Source: Candidatus Bathyarchaeia archaeon (GTDB taxonomy: Archaea; Thermoproteota; Bathyarchaeia; Bathyarchaeales; Bathycorpusculaceae). From it: 16,882 nucleotides of DNA. The stretch spans positions 1-16,882 of the forward strand of contig JBMFMB010000023.1 in assembly GCA_049970895.1 (NCBI GenBank). The letters are read 5' to 3'. Below, in pieces: positions 7,866-14,148 of the stretch. A model generated the notes under the pieces. That model worked only from the letters and a program-made list of their open reading frames with translations. It did not search any database and was not told where the DNA came from. Position numbers and translations under genes: made by a program. Position 1 is the stretch's first letter, and each line of letters begins with the position of its first letter.

Positions 7866-8070
7866 ATTGTTTTAAGCCTTCATGTCAAAAGGGCTGCTTT
7901 TATGGCGGAAAATGGCTTTTGGTAAAGGCTTATTTTCCCTAGCCTCTCCCCTCTAGTCATATTTATGCTTACTGACAAGCCTCAAATACGCTACCCCTCT
8001 CTAGATAGATTTTTCGCTCCAAGCCAAGCCAAATTCAAAAGCCTGAAAACTGCTAAATTGACTAGCCCCT

Positions 8071-8319
8071 CTAGTTTTTCGGCTTTCTTAACTCAAAAAT
8101 GTTTAAGTCCACAAGTTTAGCCCATGCAATGTTCCTTAAGGGTATTTGGAGCGTGTTGCCCTTCCCATACGAGACACGGTTGACGAAGACTTCTTTTCGC
8201 ACTTCATCCCTTTTAATCTCAACCAGCTGCACATTCACTATAACTGAGCCATCCTTCAAGTGGAGGTTAACATTTTTTCCAAGGAAGGATTTGGCAACGT
8301 TCAAGTTGAAGCTGTTCAT
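8071..8319 (-). CDS. Small hypothetical protein, possible Sm/LSm (SH3-like barrel) fold
   Basis: 82 aa with an SD-like GAGGAG/GGTGA upstream. 'FLGKNVNLHLKDGSVI' resembles the Sm1 motif and 'LQIPLRNIAWAKLV' resembles Sm2. Confidence 0.65.
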   Translation of the reverse strand: MNSFNLNVAKSFLGKNVNLHLKDGSVIVNVQLVEIKRDEVRKEVFVNRVSYGKGNTLQIPLRNIAWAKLVDLNIFELRKPKN

Positions 8320-8326
8320 CTCCTCT

Positions 8327-8464
8327 TCACCATTCCAAGTCTTTTTCGGCGATTTTGCTCCAGCAACGCCTACAAATTGGGAGCTTATCGCCCTTGAAGA
8401 TTATGTAGACCTCTATGTCCTCGTTTCTGCATTCCTTGTTCCAAGGGTTTCTACAACGCTCCAT
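8327..8464 (-). CDS. 45-aa Cys-rich microprotein, possible Zn finger
   Basis: MERCRNPWNKECRNEDIEVYIIFKGDKLPICRRCWSKIAEKDLEW (C-x7-C-x18-CxxC). GGGAG SD before ATG 8464; alternative ATG at 8482. TTTTAAAA TATA-like box at 8512-8519. Ends 7 nt before the Sm-like ORF. Confidence 0.65.
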   Translation of the reverse strand: MERCRNPWNKECRNEDIEVYIIFKGDKLPICRRCWSKIAEKDLEW

Positions 8465-8582
8465 GAGGCTCCCACTTTCCATGCTTGGCTTGATGGTTTG
8501 CCACAACCCCTTTTTAAAACGTTCTGTGAAAAGTATCCGCCGACAAGGGGAGAGAGATAAGTTAAAGTGAAAACTCCTTTCC

Positions 8583-9122
8583 TTACAAAGGCACAATTTC
8601 TGGAATAATCTTCTCCTTCGTTACTTTTAACAACGCGACTGTTGGCTTTGCCACAAACGGCGGGAGGGGATTTGTTGGACTTCCAGGGTTTATGTAGAGG
8701 ATTTCACCCTCCCACTTTATGTTTGGATGATGCGTGTGCCCATAAACAAGCACATTGAAGCCATTTTGTTTGACTATTTCCCGCATCTTCCCCATTCCAA
8801 AAAGGGTTCCAGGGTCGTGCATAACGCCGATCTTCCAATCAAAAATCTTGACGGAGTTCATTTTTGGTAGTTTGCCGCGAATTTCAGGTCCATCCATGTT
8901 GCCATAAACAGCCAAAACAGGGGCAAGCTGCTCAAGTCTATCTATAACAGACAGGTCAACCAAATCGCCAGCATGCACAATATAATCAACCTTTTCGAAA
9001 ATTTCAAAAACCCTTTTTGGAATTTCTCTAGCGCGAACTGGTATGTGCGTGTCGGAAATAAGCCCAACATTTTTCGCTAATGGCGTTTCTCGCAGTTGGC
9101 GTAAGGCTTCCTGGCTTAGCAT
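8583..9122 (-). CDS. Metallophosphoesterase, YfcE/MJ0936/Vps29-like family
   Basis: Motifs 'SDTH', 'HAGD', 'GNMD', 'MH', 'GHTH' and 'NPGS'. Confidence 0.92.
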   Translation of the reverse strand: MLSQEALRQLRETPLAKNVGLISDTHIPVRAREIPKRVFEIFEKVDYIVHAGDLVDLSVIDRLEQLAPVLAVYGNMDGPEIRGKLPKMNSVKIFDWKIGVMHDPGTLFGMGKMREIVKQNGFNVLVYGHTHHPNIKWEGEILYINPGSPTNPLPPFVAKPTVALLKVTKEKIIPEIVPL

Positions 9123-9170
9123 TTCACACGTCCTCTAAAAGCATTTAATGCTCATTTTGTAGATAAGTTT

Positions 9171-9752
9171 TCACGGCTTAGAGACAAACATGTTTCCCTT
9201 AATGTAAAACCTCAATTCTTGCGGAAGATCCCTCTTAACACCTATCCTATGAGAAGTGCCTATTTCAAAATCCTCCATGGCAGCAGCTTCAAAAATTGCT
9301 ATTTCATTTTCAGCCTTTGTGACGTCTAAGCCGTTCTGCTCCTTCGTTATGCCCATTGCCCTAGTAAGCCTTCCAGGACCGCTTGTTAAAGCGTGCACGT
9401 CTTTTACTCCCCTATTTTTCCTCATGAACTCTATTCCTTCGAGGGGTTCTATCGCCCTTATTAGGACGGCGCCGACACTGCCCCTTGAGTGGGCGACAAT
9501 GTTTAGGAGCCAGTTTCCATGAACCATGTAAATGAAAGTTTTCCCGACATCCAGATACATGAGTTCGTTGAAGGCTTTTCTCCCCTTATAGGCTTTTGAG
9601 GCTGGGTCATTCTCGCCATAATAGGCTTCTGTTTCAACAATTTTCCCACTTAAAATGTGGTGGTTGAACCTTCTAACAAGGGTTTTTCCAAGAAGCCCTC
9701 TTGCAACGGTGGCTGGATCTCTCTCGTAAAAACTTTTTGGGAGGGTTTTCAT
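9171..9752 (-). CDS. mpg: 3-methyladenine DNA glycosylase (AAG/MPG family)
   Basis: Motifs 'FYERDPATVARGLLGK', 'IVETEAY', 'LNIV', 'AVLIRAIEP', 'SGPGRL' and 'RIGV'. Confidence 0.92.
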   Translation of the reverse strand: MKTLPKSFYERDPATVARGLLGKTLVRRFNHHILSGKIVETEAYYGENDPASKAYKGRKAFNELMYLDVGKTFIYMVHGNWLLNIVAHSRGSVGAVLIRAIEPLEGIEFMRKNRGVKDVHALTSGPGRLTRAMGITKEQNGLDVTKAENEIAIFEAAAMEDFEIGTSHRIGVKRDLPQELRFYIKGNMFVSKP

Positions 9753-9820
9753 GGCTAAAATTGATTTGAGTGTTAGGCTTAAATCCTTTAAACCATTTCA
9801 GAAAATATTGGTGGTAGCGG

Positions 9821-10168
9821 ATGATAGAAGCGTATGATTTCGGCGTTATGGTCATAAATGGCAAGCGCTACACAAGCGACGTTATAGTCTTCCCAGACAA
9901 GGTTATGAGCGGATGGTGGAGGAAGGAGGGTCACAGAATCTATGTTGAAGACTTGAAGGAGATTTTCAGCCACAAGCCTCCTCCAGAAGTTCTCGTGGTT
10001 GGCACAGGCTATTCTGGGCTTGTTAAGATCATGCAAGAAGTCAATGAAGTCCTAAAAGAGCGGGGGATAAAGCTTATCGCCCAGCCTACCGGCGAAGCCT
10101 ACAAAACTTTCAACGAGGTTTTAAGAGCTGGGAAAAATGTTGTCGGTGCCTTTCATCTTACATGCTGA
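9821..10168 (+). CDS. Mth938-like domain protein
   Basis: Motifs 'YDFGVMVINGKRYTSDVIV', 'WWRKEGH', 'EVLVVGTG' and 'TGEAYKTFN', with C-terminal 'AFHLTC'. Confidence 0.9.
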   Translation: MIEAYDFGVMVINGKRYTSDVIVFPDKVMSGWWRKEGHRIYVEDLKEIFSHKPPPEVLVVGTGYSGLVKIMQEVNEVLKERGIKLIAQPTGEAYKTFNEVLRAGKNVVGAFHLTC

Positions 10169-10232
10169 TTCGCGGTTTTCACAAAATCTTAAATGTTTTC
10201 ATCCCCTATCATGAGGCTAAAGTGGTGAGCTT

Positions 10233-11591
10233 ATGGGTGGAAAGCTTCTAACTGAAATTGAGGAGGAAGTTACGGCTCTTCTAAGCGATTTAATTCGGAT
10301 AAATACGACGAATCCGCCGGGAAACGAGACTCAAGCCGCAAAATACTTGGCACAAACTCTGGAAAGGGATGGTTTCAAATGTGAGGTTTTGGAGTCCGCC
10401 CCCGGAAGGGGAAACGTCATAACCCGCTTCAAAGGAACAGGAGAAAAGCCTAGCCTACTGCTACTTTCTCATTTAGATGTGGTTGCTGCAAACCCGAAGG
10501 AATGGAGTGTAGACCCTTTTTCAGGCTTGGTTAAGGATGGCTTTGTCTGGGGTAGGGGTGCCATGGACATGAAGTCCATGACAGCCATGGAAGTTATGGT
10601 TATGAAGCTCTTGAAGCGTAACAATGTCAAGCTTAAAGGCGACGTCATATTGGCTGCAACAGCCGACGAGGAGAAAGGCGGAGAGGCGGGCGCTGGATGG
10701 CTTGTCCGCAACCACCTGGAAAAGGTTAGGGCTGACTACGTCATAAACGAGGGCGGTGGATATGCAATCCCAATGGACGGCAAAAGCGTCTTCACAATTC
10801 AGACGGCTGAAAAGGGCATTTTATGGTTCAAAGTTAAGGCGAAGGGGAGACCAGGACATGGCTCAGTGCCGGGAGCTGCTGACAACGCAATTCTCCGCAT
10901 GAACCGAGTTGTGGATAGGTTAGGCAATTACTGTGCGCCTATAATGCTGACGCCAACTGTTAGGCAGTTTTTAGCTGTTATGGCTGAGGAAAATGCTGAA
11001 GCTAGGCAGGCGCTTACCCTTCTGCTTCAAAACCCAGCGGCGGGCGACGAGATTTTAGACAAGCTAGCCCAGAAGGATAAAGCCATGGCTGAAGAGCTCC
11101 GAGCAATGTTAAGGATGACCATTGCGCCAACAATTATTCATGGAGGCGTTAAGGAGAACATAATCCCATCAGAATGCGAAGCAGTCTTCGACTGCAGAAT
11201 TCTACCAGGACAAAGCACAACTGAAGCCCTAAACCGAATAAAGGAACTTTTGAAGGACGTGGACCTGGAAAAGCTTGATTTTGAGATTGTTCAGGCTAAT
11301 GAGCCTTCAGAATCCCCCATGGAAACGCCTTTGTATGGGCTTATGGTGGAAACCTTAAAGGAGTTTGAGCCCAACTGCGCTGTAGCCCCAATACTGCTCA
11401 CCGGCGGGACGGACTCCCGCTTTTTCAGAAGCATAGGAGCCGCATGCTATGGCTTCCAACCAGCCTTTTCGGATTTGCCCTACGGCGAAATCTTGAAAAT
11501 GGTGCACGGCATAGACGAGCGAATATCAATTAGAAATTTGGTCTTCGGAACAAGCGTCCTATACAATGTTGTTGAGCGTTTCCTAACATAG
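10233..11591 (+). CDS. M20/M25/M40 family metallopeptidase/deacylase (ArgE/DapE-like)
   Basis: Motifs 'SHLDVV', 'GRGAMDMKS', 'ADEE', 'NEGG', 'GHGS', 'NIIP', 'GGTDSRFF' and 'HGIDERI'. GGTGA SD. Confidence 0.92.
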   Translation: MGGKLLTEIEEEVTALLSDLIRINTTNPPGNETQAAKYLAQTLERDGFKCEVLESAPGRGNVITRFKGTGEKPSLLLLSHLDVVAANPKEWSVDPFSGLVKDGFVWGRGAMDMKSMTAMEVMVMKLLKRNNVKLKGDVILAATADEEKGGEAGAGWLVRNHLEKVRADYVINEGGGYAIPMDGKSVFTIQTAEKGILWFKVKAKGRPGHGSVPGAADNAILRMNRVVDRLGNYCAPIMLTPTVRQFLAVMAEENAEARQALTLLLQNPAAGDEILDKLAQKDKAMAEELRAMLRMTIAPTIIHGGVKENIIPSECEAVFDCRILPGQSTTEALNRIKELLKDVDLEKLDFEIVQANEPSESPMETPLYGLMVETLKEFEPNCAVAPILLTGGTDSRFFRSIGAACYGFQPAFSDLPYGEILKMVHGIDERISIRNLVFGTSVLYNVVERFLT

Positions 11592-11618
11592 AAGTTTGGG
11601 GCGGCGTCCAACTGAAGC

Positions 11619-11626
11619 TATAAATA
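11619..11626 (+). promoter_or_regulatory. TATA box for the rpl14e-cbf5-methyltransferase operon
   Basis: TATAAATA about 50 nt upstream of the rpl14e ATG, with a GGAGG SD near the start. Confidence 0.55.
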
Positions 11627-11676
11627 TTGGACTGTTGTTAATGCTAACATCTTTCTAATGGTTGGAGGATTAAGGC

Positions 11677-11967
11677 ATGCCGGCAATAGAGGTTGGCAGA
11701 ATCTGCGTCAAAATCTGTGGAAGAGAGGCTGGCAAAAAATGTGTCATAGTGGACATCATTGACAAAAGTTTTGTGCTTATTACTGGACCAAAAAGTGTTA
11801 CTGGCGTTAAAAGGCGACGGGCAAACATCAACCACCTAGAGCCATTAGCTGAAAAAATTGACATTAAACGTGGTGCCTCAGATGAGGAAGTCATCGAAGC
11901 TTTGAAAAAGAAGGGACTTTTGGAGGCTATGGCTCAGCCTATTAAACCAGCCTTGGCTCCAGCCTAA
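11677..11967 (+). CDS. rpl14e: 50S ribosomal protein L14e
   Basis: [54 protein letters not shown] is the archaeal L14e signature. It lies directly upstream of cbf5. Confidence 0.96.
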   Translation: MPAIEVGRICVKICGREAGKKCVIVDIIDKSFVLITGPKSVTGVKRRRANINHLEPLAEKIDIKRGASDEEVIEALKKKGLLEAMAQPIKPALAPA

Positions 11968-12022
11968 CAAATTATTTAGCTCCCTTCACATTTTCTAATT
12001 CTTTAGAGGTGTTCCGTACAAA

Positions 12023-13066
12023 ATGCCTAGAAGTGTCCCCCCATGGGAGGTTAAACGAGAACTTGTTGTTAAGGCTAAGGGCGAAACAGACCCAAAATAT
12101 GGCTGCAAACCAGAAGAGCGCCCAGCAAAAGAATACATAAGATTCGGAGTTGTCAACCTTGACAAGCCAGCCGGACCAACAAGCCACGAAGTCGCAGCAT
12201 GGGTTAAACGCCTAATAGGCGTTCAGAACGTTGGTCACGGCGGGACCCTAGAAGCCCTATAAAAGCTAAAGGCTAAAAGAGGCTGGGGAAACCCCAACGT
12301 GACCGGCGTTCTACCAGTAACCCTAGAGGAGTCTAGGAAGATTGTTCAAGCCTTGCTTTTAAGCGGAAAAGAATACGTTTGCCTAATGAAGCTTCATGGT
12401 GATGTAAGCGAAGCATGTGTAAAGGATGTGTTGAAAGAGTTTGAGGATACAATTTATCAGAGACCACCATTAAGGGCTTCTGTTAAGCGGCAGCTCCGAA
12501 CGAGGCGAATCTACTACATAGATTTTCTTGAAATGGAGGGGCGAAACGTTCTTTTTAAAGTTGGCTGTGAGGGCGGCACATATATTCGCAAACTATGCTT
12601 CGACATCGGCGAGGTTCTAGGCTGTGGGGCTCACATGCAAGAACTCCGGAGAACGAGGGCTGGACCCTTCGTTGAGGAAGAAGGCATAGTGACACTGCAT
12701 GATGTGGCTTATTGGTTTATGGAATGGCAAAACAGCAAAGATGACAAAATTCTTAGGAAGATTATTCAGCCCATGGAGAAAGCTTTGGCGCTAGTTCCAA
12801 AAATCTACATTAGAGACTCGGCTGTTGACGCCATTTGCCACGGCGCAAACCTAACCGCCCCAGGCGTCCTATCCCTCGAAACTGGGATAAGCGCTGGCTC
12901 TGTGGTGGCAATTTTCACCCTAAAAGGCGAGGCAGTAGCCCTAGCAGTGGCTGAAGCATCCACAGAAGAAATACTAAACATGGAACACGGCGTGGTCGCA
13001 AAGGTCAAGAGGGTTTTAATGCCTAGGGGCACCTACCCCAAATGCTGGAAAAGCGGCGAAATATAA
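12023..13066 (+). CDS. cbf5: H/ACA RNP pseudouridine synthase Cbf5 (TruB family); spliced CDS join(12023..12251,12291..13066), 334 aa
   Basis: Exon 1 encodes '[13 protein letters not shown]...GHGGTL'. Exon 2 encodes 'PNVTGVLP', 'KEYVC', '[12 protein letters not shown]', 'GTYIRKLC', 'MQELRRTR' and a C-terminal PUA domain. Both pieces are in the same frame, and removing 39 nt restores the catalytic HGGTLDP. Confidence 0.93.
12252..12290 (+). other. 39-nt bulge-helix-bulge mRNA intron in cbf5
   Basis: Central helix CCCU (12246-49) pairs with GGGG (12285-88). The 3-nt bulges are AG^A (12250-52) and AA^A (12289-91). Intron stem AGCC/GGCU; exon stem GGG/CCC. In-frame TAA at 12260-62. Confidence 0.9.
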
Positions 13067-13704
13067 TGCCAGACAACAAAAACAGCCAAACAGAACATTA
13101 TTTTGCACCAAAGCCAGGGTCAAAGCCAAAATTTGGAATAATCCAAACCCGGTTAAGGGGGATACCCTTCAAGTTTTTAACAGCCTCGGGGGTCTTCTCA
13201 AAAAAGCGGGTGGACCTTGGCACAAGGCTTTTGATAGAAGCCATGGTTCTTCCAGAATCTGGCTATGTTTTGGACATGGGATGCGGTTACGGGGCTGTCG
13301 GAATAGCAGCCGCAAAACTAAACCCAAAACTGCACGTGGTTATGGTGGACGTGAACGAAAGAGCCGTAAGACTTGCAAGACAAAATTTAAGGCTAAACAG
13401 CATTTACAACGCCGAGGTAAGAAAGGGCCACTTATACCAACCAGTTGAAGAAATGCTCTTTAATTGTATACTTTCAAACCCTCCGGTAAGCGCCGGACTA
13501 GCCACAGTAAAAGCCATAATAACAGAAGCACCAAAACATATGATGGAAAAAGCCACACTACAAATGGTTTTAAAATCAAAAATCGGCGGGAAAAGAATCC
13601 AAAAAATCTTCGAAGAAGCCTTCGGCAACTGCACAATAATGGCAAGAGAAAGCGGTTACCGAGTGCTAATGGCAGAGAAAAATAGCAATCTATCAGCCAA
13701 CTAA
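13066..13704 (+). CDS. Class I SAM-dependent methyltransferase, RsmC/MTS-like (MJ0882-like)
   Basis: Motifs 'HYF', 'GVFSKKRVDLGTRLL', 'LDMGCGYG', 'VDVNERA', 'SNPP' and 'GYRV'. ATG 13066 overlaps the cbf5 stop (TAATG). Confidence 0.88.
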   Translation: MPDNKNSQTEHYFAPKPGSKPKFGIIQTRLRGIPFKFLTASGVFSKKRVDLGTRLLIEAMVLPESGYVLDMGCGYGAVGIAAAKLNPKLHVVMVDVNERAVRLARQNLRLNSIYNAEVRKGHLYQPVEEMLFNCILSNPPVSAGLATVKAIITEAPKHMMEKATLQMVLKSKIGGKRIQKIFEEAFGNCTIMARESGYRVLMAEKNSNLSAN

Positions 13705-13929
13705 TTTGTTCACAATTCTCCTAACAAGCGGAATTATAGCCAAAGATGTTGGAAAACTCACAGCAAAACCTATCAAAAAAGCCTGAAGCCACCTCGCTGG
13801 AAAATCTTGAACAAGACCCAAATTAATTAATGTAAGAGTAAGAGACATGGCAAAGGACATGCCCAACGACATGAAAGCTCCAAACAAAACATCCCTCAAA
13901 TACTTCCCACCAAACCCCAAAGGAAACAC
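13693..13929 (-). CDS. Small two-helix membrane protein, DUF2798-like
   Basis: Two hydrophobic segments, 'FMSLGMSFAMS' and 'RWLQAFLIGFAVSFPTSLAIIPLVRRIV', matching the DUF2798 pattern. Confidence 0.7.
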   Translation of the reverse strand: MFPLGFGGKYLRDVLFGAFMSLGMSFAMSLTLTLINLGLVQDFPARWLQAFLIGFAVSFPTSLAIIPLVRRIVNKLVG

Positions 13930-13983
13930 CAGAAAAAGGATAATTATAAGGCAGAATATATAAGCATTAATATTAGCTACACA

Positions 13984-14092
13984 GCCGGGGTCTCCTAGTC
14001 AGGTAGGGAGCAGGCCTGGAGACAAAACCGCCTAAAAGCCACTAAGCCTGTGGCCCGAAAGGGCCGCGTGGGTTCAAATCCCACCCCCGGCG
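13984..14092 (+). tRNA. tRNA-Ser(GGA) with a 23-nt intron at 37/38; CCA not encoded
   Basis: Acceptor stem GCCGGGG/CCCCGGC with discriminator G. Anticodon stem CAGGC/GCCTG with loop CT-GGA-G[intron]A. Long variable arm GGCCC-GAAA-GGGCC. T-arm GTGGG-TTCAAAT-CCCAC. Confidence 0.95.
14022..14044 (+). other. tRNA intron at canonical 37/38 position, relaxed BHB
   Basis: Sequence ACAAAACCGCCTAAAAGCCACTA. U33-G34-G35 pair with CCA (14039-41); bulges are AG^A and UA^A. Confidence 0.85.
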
Positions 14093-14148
14093 CCTTCTTG
14101 AAGGAAAAATAAGCACAAAATATTGATTTTCATAAAAATAAGCCTCAA

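Noticed and set aside
7880-7960. 26-codon minus-strand ORF (MTRGERLGKISLYQKPFSAIKAALLT) upstream of purA as a leader peptide
   Set aside because: No convincing SD or properly spaced TATA, and purA has its own TATA downstream of it, so it cannot be supported from sequence alone.
7939-8075. Replication origin ORB repeats, suggested by G-strings on the minus strand
   Set aside because: No TCCA...GAAAC ORB core, no adjacent cdc6/orc1 and no clear AT-rich unwinding element.
8099-8560. 153-aa plus-strand ORF
   Set aside because: It is antisense to two minus-strand ORFs that have SD and TATA signals and protein-like motifs, and it has no recognisable features itself.
12023-13066. cbf5 as a pseudogene, frameshift, stop read-through or naturally split two-gene enzyme
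   Set aside because: Both parts are in the same frame, the 39-nt insert has a BHB, and its predicted cuts exactly restore the catalytic Asp. Read-through would leave a 13-codon insert and no Asp.
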